64,000 bases of DNA from Phoronis australis (taxonomy: Eukaryota; Animalia; Phoronida): the NCBI GenBank assembly GCA_002633005.1, contig NMRA01000187.1, forward strand, positions 675,561-739,560, given 5' to 3'. Every line of letters begins with the position of its first letter. Positions within the stretch are counted from its first letter, which is position 1. Below are positions 12,432-56,179 of the stretch, piece by piece. The notes under the pieces are model-generated. The model ran no database searches. It worked only from the letters and a program-made list of their open reading frames with translations, and had not been told where the DNA came from. A program made the translations under genes and the position numbers.

Positions 12432-15400
12432 ATGAAGTCCGAGGGTTCAGACGTGCTATTGCTGTGTGTGTGTCTTGGAATAGTATTAGCTTGCGTGCAG
12501 TAATTAGTAGAGTTCAGACAACATTTTGGCGGCAGCGGTGGGATTCTGCTCCCAGGGAACACAACAGTAGTCATAGTTGTTTTTTTTGCTTCGACAGTTC
12601 TAATCAAAGACACTGTCCCTGAGTACCACCGTCTCTACTGGTCCCTCGCTACCCCCAGTAGAGATAGTGGCCGGAACCATAGGCCCTCCTGGCATCTGGC
12701 TGAATTTTTTTTACAAATTATGCCTCACACTGATTAAACCATTCAAGTCAGGTTGCTATTTAAGTACCTTTTGTGCATAGAGGGGCGCCACCTTAGTGTT
12801 GTAAAAGATGTGCTTCCGGTGAATCATATGAGCCTCTGTTAGCTACTCGCTAACGGGCAATTACCTATTAGCTGAATGGTTAGCATGCTCGCCGGTTTTA
12901 TGGGGGTTGCTGGTTCAATTCCCGGGTCGGATAATCTTGGCTATTACTACATTAGGAAGCCATAAGTCTTTAACTCTTGCCAGATCAAACAAAAACTCCC
13001 GCTTCCGCAACTAATTTTTTTGAGCAGTCCTTCGTTCTGTTACCCAAATCGGCAACTGGACATTTTGGCATTGCTTGCCCCATGGTATATGACGTCATAG
13101 CCCCGTGGCCTGGAGCTGGTGAGGTAGCAGAAAGATTCTATTTCTTTACGAAATTGTTTTGTATAGATGTACACAAAATTTTGTTATATTTCAAAGGTTG
13201 TTGTCACAAAAAATCTTTAACAGTTTAAAACAAAAAATTGATATGAAGTTGCTCTGTGGACCTTTGAATTGTTGAACGGGAAGTTTAAAATTGCTCTCCC
13301 ACCCACAATGCAATGCTATGTTTCCTCTTGACGCAACCCTACCTTAAAAAAATAGAACTAATCAATACACGCATCACATGTTCTGATTGGAGTTGGCAGT
13401 CTTTACTGTGTACCTTATAGTGTGCCGGCCTCACAAGACTGGGTGTGCGCTCCCCAGGTACCAAAGTTTTGAAATTGAACTATATATGCAGGTTGATAAT
13501 AGGTACACGCTAGTGCTGGCGTAGTAAATGTCCCTCCACTATCTGTCTGGAAAATACTGCCTACACTTTAACATTAATGCTTGAGAGGTGTCCTTGTGGC
13601 TTAGAAATTGGTCTAGATACTACAATTATATTTTACCAAACTATGTGTTCTAGGAATGGGCGATATTTAAATGAAGACGCAGTGGGTCTAAAACGGACTG
13701 AACATGAAATTTGGCCAAGTTGCATTTGCTTTTCTGTTGACTCAAGGTAAGCGAATTGTACATTGCTCTTGACATGCTTGTATTGTTTATGCTGGTGTTG
13801 CAAGACATGCGTGTGTGGTTGACTTGGATTTGTTTCATTTGTTTTACTTGCACAAGCTTGACTGACCCATTACCTATCAGTGATGTACAAATTAAAGTCA
13901 ATAAATGTGGGCGCCTTTAATGTGCAGTTAGTCATTTCAATTATTTTTTTGGTCCCACGTGTGCCTTTGTTTTTTAATGAATTAACTCATTCAATTCTGA
14001 ATTATCATGAATAAAGTTGTTGCCTGTTGGTCTTCTTATATCGTTTCATTTCTTTTGTAGGATTTCCACTTGTGCTAGCTGGTGAGTTAATTTTCCATAT
14101 TCGTTGCCATAGAATTTCACCCCATTTAATTATGCTACATCTGTGTTCAATGTATGTTTATATGTCCATATTTCACTATGTATTTTTTAATACTTACTGA
14201 AACATTATTAAAATTGTGATAAATTTTTCAAAATGTATGTGATACTGTTCATGATTGTAAACATAATGGTATTGGATCTTATCCCATGATAACCAAGCTC
14301 TTGTGAGTCAATAACCGTTTCGGTCATGCCTGTCATTTCACCCTGAGGCTATTACGATCGGTGTGAATCCCCACACAATCTTCAGTGTGAAACCAACTTT
14401 GCTTTATTGTCTGTATCCATAATAAGTAGTGATCCCCCGTCCATGTATTGATGTATTTTGGTGCCTCTTCACCGTATTTTTGTAATACCACATACTGTAA
14501 CACAGCACTTCTCTTTCAACGTCGGGTAGATAAGCAGATAAAGTTTGTGTCGATCATATCAAAAATCAATGAGTTTTAAATAAATAGAAAGAAAAGAGTT
14601 TTCTTTCTAATAAATAAAAGAAATATGAAACAAATCTTTAACGCTGGTCATGGTTGCCTGTCTTTGAACAATCCGCTTTTCATTTCAACTCATTGGTTGT
14701 GGTATGCTATTGGTGGATTCATATGTGATAATCATTGGAAAGGTATTTGGTGTTAACTATAATTATGTTGTGGCAACAAGGTTGACATTTTCTGTTAGTT
14801 TTGGCAATTAAAACAATCAGAGCCCTCGCCTATGCCTTCTGAGATGGTTTTTTCAGTTGAGGGTAAGCTACCTCAACTCATCACCTATTCCATCCCCTGG
14901 TTGCCACCCCTCATCAGAAACGCCTAAAGCAACTTATGTTTTGCAGAGGTGATTCTATCCTTGAGGGCAATTTTTCATTCATTGGAGATGATTTTTCGTG
15001 TCTGATGAGGTTAATTTCGCTCGATTTTTAGCATTTTTCATATTTGGCCCCAAAATTGATGCATGAAAGGTCAGGCAAAGGTTTGTAAAATTTTTAGACC
15101 CAAACTTCAACTGGTCATTGCTATCTTTCTTTACAAAGTTATCTTGTTACAGCAACATGTATCAACCCTGGAATCATTGCTAACGGATTCCAGACCCCCT
15201 CAGGTGACATCCTGTACTATAATGGCAGTGTCATCCGATACCACTGCTATGGGCCCTATATCATGATTGGCCGGAGTGTTATCAAATGTCTAAACAATGG
15301 AACATGGTCTGATAAAATGCCACGCTGTGTGGGTATGTAATATTGTATTGTAGTGTGCCTACTGAGTTGTATGTCAGCAGCTGGCAGTAACTGAGGTACT

Positions 15401-18400
15401 CAGCCCTTGTTAAGTATATTCAGAACGCATTGATTGAATAGAAATATTTTATCTCTGTCCAACGTCTGGCTCCCCCTGGTGTCTTTCTTTTATCTTCTAA
15501 GACACTGGAAGTACTTATCATGACATTTAGCTGGTGTCGTCCTTTTTGGGAGAGAACGGCACTCGCCAGTTTTGGAATGGATCCGACTACTGCTATGCCC
15601 TCTGTTGGCATAGTGAGCACGTATCAGCAGTTCACAAAACTTTTTCATCATTGTGAAATTATATACGTTTAAACATTTTTTGTTAAGTTATGATGACACG
15701 TATCTGTTTGTAGCCGTGACATGCCACCGACCTATGATCAAACATGGCAGTATCCAGAGCTCTGAGGTGCTATTTACCCAAGGTGATGTGGTTCGTGTTG
15801 CCTGCGACCAAGATTACTACTATCCCGGTCTTCAGCAACCCCCACAGATAAAGTGCGTCAAGGACTTTCACTGGAGGTTACTGGATGGTCAGGAACTCGC
15901 TGGACATTGCATTAGTAGGTGATCTTGATTTCAAAGGCTCAATGTTTAAGGCGTTACTGCGTGTTTGAGTGTGTGAGAGCTGTTGAATACTTCTGGTTAC
16001 TTCACTGCTACAGGGTACATGGAGTTTCAGAGTTGACCTTTTACTAGGTTTTTAGATGGCCGTGTTAAAGATTATTTGTTCAAACTGTAGAAAATGTTAA
16101 GTAGCCTGAACGTTGTTAACATTTTCCAGGTTGGAGTTGGCGGTCATTCCCTTTTTGGTTTGTACTCTTTATGGCAATTCAAATCCACAAAATAATGGAA
16201 ATTAAAGGCACTTTGGCACACTTGTAGGTCTTTGAAATCATAAAATATATTCCATTTGCATCTGAATGCTTTTTTCTTTCATGAATTTTAGTTAAATGTG
16301 CCTGTAAATTTCACGGTGTGGCGTTATGTAAACTGGTTATACATCTGTTTTCAGAGGAGTGCCCATGGCCTGCGCCTATAAACTTTGGTATGCACTCAGT
16401 TGTGGGGCACACAGTCACCTACTACTGCATAGAAGGCTACACCTTCGACTCAGATAATCCTCCCGAGTCCAAGACCTTCACGTGTCGCAACTCTCAGTGG
16501 GTTGGTCTTGGCGACTCCATATCATCATTAAAATGTGGTAAGAGTGAAACTCAGTCACCTGTTTATACGTGTGCACACAACTGAACTTTTCCCTTACATG
16601 TATGCCTAGTTAACGGTTTTGTTACTGCTGTTTTTGAACAGCTTCCTCTTAGATAAGAGGCATGGGCCCGTTTGAAGATTATTGACTTAGTTGAGACCAA
16701 TTTTAAATTTCAGTCGATTTTAAGATGCAACTTAAAGTCCGTTTCAAGAAAGAGACTTTAAGTTCGACTGTTTTACTTGTCTTAATTTTGACTAAGTTAC
16801 CAGAGCTGGGTTGCATAAAACTTCAAATTATCTGCTAGATAAGTGTGATTGTTGCATGACGTCAGGTGCATTGTTCAACAATAACAACGTGGCGCGTGAT
16901 AATGCACCGTCATTGTTACGCGGCGTATAACTTTTATGCTACTGGGCCCAGATGTGGAAGTTTGGAAGTTGTAACTAATCTCAGACTTGAGTCAAAAATG
17001 AACTTGAGTCAGTTTCTTGGAACGGGTCCTAGTTTTTAAATAATAGACATTGAACATTTATTTTCAGACTGTAGCCAAATCAGTTCTTTTTGGAGAGAGA
17101 AGGTGGGGTGTGTTTGCCTTTTTGCAAGATGTTGCAGTTTTAGTTCAGGCAAATATCTTAGCCCAGTCATTTGCAATTTGCGCACTAAAGCTCTGCGTTG
17201 GGTCTCCTCAAATTTGTCGGATGTTTTAAATTATCGTCATGCTTATCATGGCCTTCAAGAGTGTGAAGTACACTCACTGTGTGTTTTGTAAACTTTGTGC
17301 AAAATCTAGTGCAGTCTGGCAAGTTGGCTCACACGATTGTTGTTAAATAAGTAAACATTCGGAGGTCACTGCTGAACGTTAATAGTTTTTGTCACACTAG
17401 TAATTAACAGGTGTGGTATTACTATATTGTCTTGTCTTGTCTCGTCCTTTTTAGTACCAGCTGTGAAAGAATGCACCATCCCAAAGGACATCTCCAATGG
17501 CAACTGGAAGTTTGTTGGCACCTGTAAGAAACAAGTAGGCTGTCAAGTTGAATACGAGTGTCGGGAAGGTTTCATTCTACTGGGCGCGCAGACACTCACT
17601 TGTAACTCCAACCAGCTGTGGTCCAACTTACCACCTCGCTGTGCAAGAAAGGGTGAGTGTTGTACACAAGGTGACCACATGCATTGCTGACCATGCATGA
17701 GATGCCAGGTGTTTTTTTGGCGACCAGACATCTTTTCACTGTTTAGAAAAAAGCCCCATTCTTGAGAAACTGGCTTCAGCCACAGATGTGCACATATCTT
17801 AATTATTGTGGAAAGCCGCTTTGAAATTCAGGTTTTTCTTTCGAAATACATCACTGCAAGGCCTATTTGGATGCCAAAGAGGGGACCCCTCCTGCCAATT
17901 TAAATTTGGATACTTGGGTTTCTGAGAAATGGCCTTGTGTCTACAAGCACCTAACAATTGGTAATCACTTCATTTTTTGGCCAAAGTACGATTAGAAAAT
18001 GGACAATTGCCGCACAAATAAAGAAGTTCGTGTTAACTCAACGTTTTGTCTTATTCATCAAGACATCATCAGGATGTGTACAGTAGGACAAGTGTCGATA
18101 TTCTATCAAGTCACATCCATGCGGTGAAATGAGAGTGAGAGATACAGAGATAGTAAGCGGGTCATTACCATAGTTGCAGGGTCACTGAGCTCTGCATGTT
18201 ATTGAGAGAATCAGTAGCATGCTGATCCTGAATGGCCAATAACTCCTTGATATACTGTAATTCCTCAGTGACCCTGCAACTATGGTAATGACCCGCTTAC
18301 TTTCCCTGTATCTCTCACTTTCATTTCACCACATGGATGTGACTTGAAAGAATATCGACACTTGTTGTCCTACTGTACATATCCAGATGATGTCTTGTTG

Positions 18401-20729
18401 AATAAGACAAAATGTTGAGTTAACATGAACTTCTTTATTTGTGCGGCAGTTGTCCGTTTTCTAATAATTGGACTTTTAAGTTAATTGCATACTTCATTAC
18501 CAATTGTTTCATTCCTTAAATTTTTTAAGTACTGAGTGTTGACCTATGAAACATAATCTTGAAGTTTAAATGTAAAATATTTTAATTTCGTGTCTTAGTG
18601 CACTCTTGAAGTTCAGGATCATGGTCTTTTACTTATTGGATCAAATTACGACACTTAGTAATCAAAAGGGGCAAATCAAGACACTGCAACATGCAGTTGA
18701 CCAAAACTAGTGAGCGACTTAGATTTAATTGATAATAAGCAAAATGTTTATTTGACTATTCATCAGTTAGAGACCTCAGAAACAACTTATGGACCAATCA
18801 GATGTCTCAAACAAATGTTTGTGTAACCGTCACTCTTTATCCCTAGTGGTGGCGTGTACTCCTCCGCCCGTCATCGCACACAGTCAGCGGTACTGCCAAC
18901 CACAGTCTTCCAGCTGTATTGGCTACCAGGGCGTTATTGTCAACTATTACTGCGATACAGGCTTTCAGGCATCCAACTCCAATAGCAGGATCGAATGTCT
19001 CAGTAATGGTATCTGGAGTGGCCAGCCTCATGTATGTCTACGAGGTGAGCTCAACTGGTGGTGCAACGCGTGTGCAAAATTAATTTTATTCACGTCTTTC
19101 GGTGGAATCCGTCTGGACAAGCAACGGTCCAGTTCTGCAGTTGTGTGAACTTTTACAAACTAAGTAAAGTTTCATCAATTGTTAATATTTGTTGATGATG
19201 GAAATATTGTTTGCTAGTCATTACTTTTTTTACTGTTTTTATTTAAAACTTGTATGTGTGGTATGTCAGTGCATCAATTCAGTATTTTTTAGCTATCCAT
19301 GGTCAGCTGTTGTTTGAATATTATTGGATATGAAATATCTGTAATGATGTATGTTCGAAAACGTCTCCCGAAATTGAGTCACATCCTGGACAATGTGAGA
19401 AGAGTTGTTAGTTCCTGGTCTTTCCAATATAACTGAAGCACATCACACTTTTGCTCTATTAAATTTTTGTTCTCGTTTATAGCTGACAGCACATCACCCT
19501 CCAGTGTCATCTCGTCCAATTCTAACACCATGACAGTAGTCATTGCCACAGGAAGCAGTGTCCTGGGTACCCTCCTGGTGGTGATAGTGGTCGTGCTGAT
19601 TAGACGCCGCCGCCCAGCCACTTCCCTGTTCCCTACCCAGTCCTCGTCACCACCGCCTTACGAGCGGCAACACAGAGATAGTGTTGATGAGCATGACCGC
19701 GTAGCGCTCATCGCCGTCACCGAGGGCGTGCGTGTTGTTCTGCCCTCTTACGATGACGTGGTCTGCAGCAGGTCTTCACGTAGCTCCGCAACCAGCCCCC
19801 ACCACAGCCGGACGGCAAAGTTAGACTATAGACCCCTTCCATCAGTTCCCTCGGGAATCCGAGCATCGGGTGACCTGTCGATACATAGTAACAACACCAG
19901 GGATGACACGAGTTCCAATCACCCATCAATAGGGGATAGCGTTAGTATGCGTCGCCAATCCACGCTGACAATAGGAACGAACAGAGATGCATTGTCAGAG
20001 AACTTTGGCTCCATTGACACTATGAATGTCAGCGACGTGTCAACTGCAATCTCCCTGGGCACGTATGATTCAAGTGCATCCAACCCGTCACTGGGTGCAG
20101 GATCTCATAAAGCTACAGCTGGAAGCTTGCTATCACATGGCAGTGAGGAAGATGATGGTAGGTATTTGGGGATGGTGATTTGAGTGGTGGACAATTTCGT
20201 CTTTTGCAAAAGAATTCAAGGCTGTTCTGATAGTAAGAGTAATTGGAGGTTTCACAGTTAGTAGTCACTTCATCGTTTGTTAGAGGATCTTGGAGTAAAG
20301 TTGTAATGCAGCCTTAACATGAATAGATCAGGTGTTAGAGGATCTTGGAGTAAAGTTGTAATGCAACCTTAACATGAATAGATCAGATGTTAGAGGATCT
20401 TGGAGTAAAGTTGTAATGCAACCTTAACATGAATAGATCAGATGTTAGAGGATCTTGGAGTAAAGTTGTAATGCAACCTTAACATGAATAGATCTGATGT
20501 TAGAGGATCTTGGAGTAAAGTTGTAATGCAAACTTAACATGAATAGATCAGATTGTGGCACACATCTTCCATTTCTGTCTGTGAGGAGTCTATCAGTGTA
20601 ATGCTTTTTGTGTTGGATAACTAATGACAATTTTTTTCAGATGTTCCATTGTTGCCCTCTCGTAATAGCTCGCAGCATGGCCAGGCGGAGAGGGCCCACT
20701 CCAGCCAGAGTACTCAGGAAGAAGAATGA
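12432..20729 (+). CDS. SUSD4: Sushi domain-containing type I membrane protein, SUSD4/SUSD6 family (5 CCP domains, TM, PY-motif tail); 5' end uncertain
   Basis: Phase 1-1 exons each encode one CCP domain (C...C...C...W...C): 15153-15332, 15714-15914, 16355-16537, 17455-17652, 18847-19044. Exon 19483-20157 encodes the TM (VVIATGSSVLGTLLVVIVVVLI-RRRR), PPPY and VVLPSYDD. Last exon 20641-20729 reads DVPLL...EEE*. The candidate signal-peptide start gccgccATG at 12432 (MKSEGSDVLLLCVCLGIVLACVQ) and a 21-nt exon 14061-14081 are less certain. The LPSY and acidic-(I/V)PLL tail motifs match SUSD4/6; it is probably a co-ortholog of both. Confidence 0.75.
12866..12932 (+). mobile_element. tRNA-derived SINE head remnant
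   Basis: A box TAGCTGAATGG and B box GGTTCAATTCC; the anticodon arm and acceptor stem do not pair. Confidence 0.45.
16664..17029. mobile_element. PIF/Harbinger-type MITE carrying a nested second MITE (16804-16948)
   Basis: Ends GGGCCCGTTTGAAGA ... TTTCTTGGAACGGGTCC resemble the element at 56049-56179. The inner element has degenerate TIRs (..gttgcataaaa / ttttatgctac..) flanked by CAG. Confidence 0.6.
17953..18508. mobile_element. Foldback / long inverted-repeat element in an intron of the SUSD4-like gene
   Basis: Arms of about 200 bp at 17991-18189 and 18264-18465 are reverse complements with scattered mismatches around a 74-bp spacer. An outer pair aacaattggtaat / attaccaattgtt lies at 17953 and 18496. 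Confidence 0.85.
20278..20553. repeat. 55-bp minisatellite, 5 copies
   Basis: tagaggatcttggagtaaagttgtaatgcaaccttaacatgaatagatcagatgt starting at 20281, 20336, 20391, 20446 and 20501. Confidence 0.95.
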
Positions 20730-22087
20730 TCCATCTCATTACGCACCGTATGGAGTCACTCTTAGTGTGGCCGTGAACGCCAAGCGCTTCATGTGGTTCT
20801 TTGGATTTCACACGACTCTCAATATCAGCTCTGACGATCTTTAATCGCAGGCCTTTTTATTTATGTCAGGGACTGGACTTGATAGAGCTTAATGCTTAGT
20901 TCCATCTATGTCAAACCTTGGTGATGTTTTTCAGTTAGGCGGCTGTGATTTTTTGTAAACATTTACTATTACTGAAGCATACCGCTGTGAGCAAGAGGCA
21001 GCTGATTTAAAATTGTTGTTTTCATGTGCATGTATTTAGTCCCATGCACCTTAACTTCACTTACAGCCGATATGTTTGCAGTGTTAAACTGTGTGTTAAA
21101 TTTGTCTTTTGTTCAGCATCAGTACTTTAAATTTCAATTAAACAACTCAACTGTTTTATACTCGTCGACACAAACTGTTTTGTAACAGATAAGCCGAGCT
21201 TCACTCTTAAGCTATTTGAACTTATTGCTCCTTTGTTTTTTCTCATTCGTGCACCACATATTGGTGCATGTGCCCAATTCCAGAGTTTGGCGCAGCTTTG
21301 CATATACCAGGTGCATGGGGCGAAATGCGGGCATATAAGGTAAAATTATGTGTCACAAACGTATTCCACTTAGTCAATTATTTTGGTGACACGATGTCAG
21401 TCTAATGTCAAGCATCATTTATGTTCCAATATTATTTGTAACAAGGACAGCTTTGTCTGAGATTTATAATTATTGTTTTGTTTATTCAGAGTGTGTTCAA
21501 AGCGACGTCTTTTGGCTGTTTCAAAATGAAAGAGAATTAGGAAAACTGTTCTCTTGGACATGTACATGTATGCAAGACCCACGCAGTGCTAATTACAGAA
21601 AAAGCCAAAAGTATGCAGACAAAATGACCCACAATCCCCAATATGAGGGCTGGGCGCAAGCCAAATCCAACACTAGACTAGTCTTCCCTTACGGCAGCTA
21701 ATGCAGGGGAATCTGTAGGGAGATAGAAAGTTGGCAAAGTTTTGTCACGCTAATGATTATTACGAGAAATTTTTGCTGTTAACAGATTCTAGTCATCTTG
21801 ATAGGAAAACAGCATTTTGTCTGATTACTTTCGTCTTGTACTGTATATGAAGTTGAAGTCACAAACTTCAAACTGGGATGGCACTGCAGGGGGTTTCAAA
21901 TAACAACTCAGTACTGTCGAGTAATTATTCATGTATTTGGACAACACAATGTACTTTGTAATCATGACCACAATGTTGTGTAATGTGACACTCTAGGCTA
22001 GAAGAATACATCTGACTGTTCTGGCATTACTGCCCCTGGTTACACAGATTAAGGGCCACCATTGCAATCTCAATGACCCTCGGCTGG

Positions 22088-22616
22088 AAACTTTGGTATA
22101 AGAATTGAGTAGACCCCATTAATATGTTTTTTTTTTCCGTTAACATGCATTAGACAAGACTTGTATTGCATACAATGTTTTGGCAGTGATTTCATTGTTG
22201 AGTCATTAACAAATCTGAGGTATTTTCAAGGAGCACCTGTCCTGCAATTTAGTTCTACCTGGGAAAGGAAAATTCCAGAACTTTATTTGGCATAAGGCTG
22301 CAGACGTTCATTTGTATCATTGAAACTAAACAGCTGCAGTGGATTTGGATTNAAACTTTGGTATAAGAATTGAGTAGACCCCATTAATATGTTTTTTTTT
22401 CCGTTAACATGCATTAGACAAGACTTGTATTGCATACAATGTTTTGGCAGTGATTTCATTGTTGAGTCATTAACAAATCTGAGGTATTTTCAAGGAGCAC
22501 CTGTCCTGCAATTCAGTTCTACCTGGGAAAGGAAAAATTCCAGAACTTCATTTGGCATAAGGCTGCAGACGTTCATTTGTATCATTGAAACTAAACAGCT
22601 GCAGTGGATTTGGATT
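22088..22616. repeat. 264-bp direct duplication joined by a single N (probable assembly overlap)
   Basis: 22088-22351 and 22353-22616 are near-identical, with the N at 22352 exactly at the junction. Confidence 0.9.
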
Positions 22617-24721
22617 AAGTTTAGGGGATATTCATCTAGCATCGTTATGTAATGAAAGTTACCATTGATAAAAGCACAAGATTACTTCTTTCCATCTGGA
22701 AAATTTTGCAACGAGTTATCAAGATTACAGCTTACTTTTATAAATTGAATAAAAAACATGATCTATCTATCTTAAAAAAACTGAGTAATTGTATGGCACG
22801 CTCCAAGGAGATTGTACTCTAATCATGGTTATATTTTAAATACGAGTCTAGAGATTAGACCCTGTGCCCTAGCCATCGTGTAAGAAATTTTCAAATGGAG
22901 CGGCATGCCACGTGACTTATTTATGTTATTATGCGGAGAATACCTGTAAAGGTGTGTTTAAACCAAGAAATATGTACAAGCTTGTAAATCCTACTTTAAC
23001 CTGAGGTAAAACTAGCTTTGTAGAGTTGCAAAGGAATGAGATTTTGAGCGCAGGCAACCACTCCTGTTGCTTGCTCTCAGCTATAACACCTTAAGTCACC
23101 AAACAATACCCATTGTTACTGTACTGTGAAAAATAAACGGAATTCTCAGCTACCTTGTAGTATTTCTTCTGAAGAACAGACATTAACATTACCTAGAAGC
23201 GGTACAACTCTGAAGTAAATCATACATTTTGAAGGTACAGTGTGCTGGAAAAACAATATTTGAGCATTAACGTGCTCCATGGCAAACTGGCAAATAAATA
23301 TGCCTATTATGCAAAATATCCCTCCAAGCAATGTGGCCTTAATATAATCTTAGACTAGTCATAAATAATGCCAGAGGAGATTACGTAGATTTTTCTACTT
23401 AAATATCCCCTAACGAGTATAACTCGACAATAGCGTTAAAAGCAGTAAATGACAAAGGCTGCTAAATAAAGTGGAATTAATACTCCATAACAAGTCTGCT
23501 GGTGTTGGGAAAAATTTAACCACAACACACGAACAGGATCAACAGGATTTGAATAAGCTTTGAATTTGCTCTTGGTTATAATGATGCGGCTTTAAACTAT
23601 TGCTGGATATCGACATATAAAAGCTTTGAGCCGAATGGGCTTGTAGAGGAAGTATTCAATCGTCGCTCATTGGCGAAGAGCATCACAATACAGGCACAGC
23701 AATGGCCATAAATTGTCCTTCAGCAAGCTTATTTCAAATAGCTTGAGAGATCTCACTTACTAACAAACAATGACTTGTTTAGGTCAATTTCGTGGAGAAA
23801 AACAACACAGCTGTTGCACTCGTGAGAAGTTCCTCAGATATGAACATTGCTCGTGGGCCAGATAATCTCAGTTCAATGATTCACAATTTCCAAACACAGG
23901 TCATCTGATCTCCAAACCAAAAAAGCAGTTCATATTCACAAACTCATGCTTGAAATAACATATCTTTGTGTGTATGTAAGCCATGTTTTCGGAGTCCAGC
24001 ACCGTGGTTGGCAGTCGATGACCTGTGTTTAAGAGTCGGCAAGTTAACATGGCCCGTGAGCAACATTTATTAGTGAGCAACTATTTGTTGAGTGCCACAG
24101 CCTTGTCATTTCCAACCCTTGAATATAACATCTGTGAACTCGTACATTATTGGAAATGAGCCCACACATAGTTTGCATGATGCGGTCCCTCATTCCAATT
24201 CCCACACATTCTTTAGAGGTATTAAAATTACTCTCATACATGATGTTGTACATGCGTCAAGTCACACCACTGTGATGCTCAGGTCAGGTCGGGACATATC
24301 AACAAAGGAGCAGCAGTTGCAGTGTGCGTTATTTCTTTTTTCTTCTGTATTGTTAGTAAATCGTTTCATGCCATTGAAGTAAAGAAAAAGTTCAATTTTC
24401 TATCAATTAGAGATTTTTGGTTTAATTTTACAGTCCATATTATCTGGGAAAGAATGGACTGGCAGCGGTTATCACTGTCACCCATCTCTGTTCGCTAATC
24501 CCCCAAACACAAGAAGTCAGTCATTAAAGTCCGGGCATTGCGGTAAGTGCCTATTGTAACCCCAAACAGTACGAAGCATTCGCAGTTGCTGGTTGAGAAA
24601 TGTGAGGTAGCACCTAATGGTGAGAATTTTTGAGTACCAGTCTGAGAATAATGGCACGAGTGCATCACATCTACATTACCAATGTGTCGATGATTGAACA
24701 CAGAGTAGATGACAACATCAT

Positions 24722-55949
<31,228 letters not shown>

Positions 55950-56048
55950 TGCTAATACAAGTCTGTGCACGACCAGCGTTTCCTTCAAGTCTATATCAAC
56001 TGCATCGTTTCTGGCTTGACCTAGGGTAGAACATTTTAAACAGCTCAG

Positions 56049-56179
56049 GGGCCTGTTCCAAGAAAATTGAATTAGCTAAGACAAATCTTAAATTTTGTCT
56101 TAATTTTGACTACCTTAGTGGATGTGGAAGTGTCAAAGTTTCGAAGCTGAGACAAATCTTACTTTCTTGGAATGGGCCC
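56049..56179. mobile_element. PIF/Harbinger-type MITE
   Basis: TIR GGGCCTGTTCCAAGAAA / TTTCTTGGAATGGGCCC with 3-bp CAG on both flanks. Confidence 0.7.

Noticed and set aside
12866-12932. Possible tRNA gene (also 9918-10000 and about 62670-62725)
   Set aside because: Only A/B boxes are recognisable; the cloverleaf stems do not form, so these are treated as SINE remnants.
14895-15030. CTGATGA boxes suggesting further hammerheads or C/D snoRNAs (also near 537, 39607, 43853)
   Set aside because: None has a GAAA box with a pairing stem II/III, or a convincing box C/D terminal stem.
20278-20553. CRISPR-like regular repeat
   Set aside because: The units are head-to-tail with no unique spacers, the context is a eukaryotic intron, and there are no cas genes.
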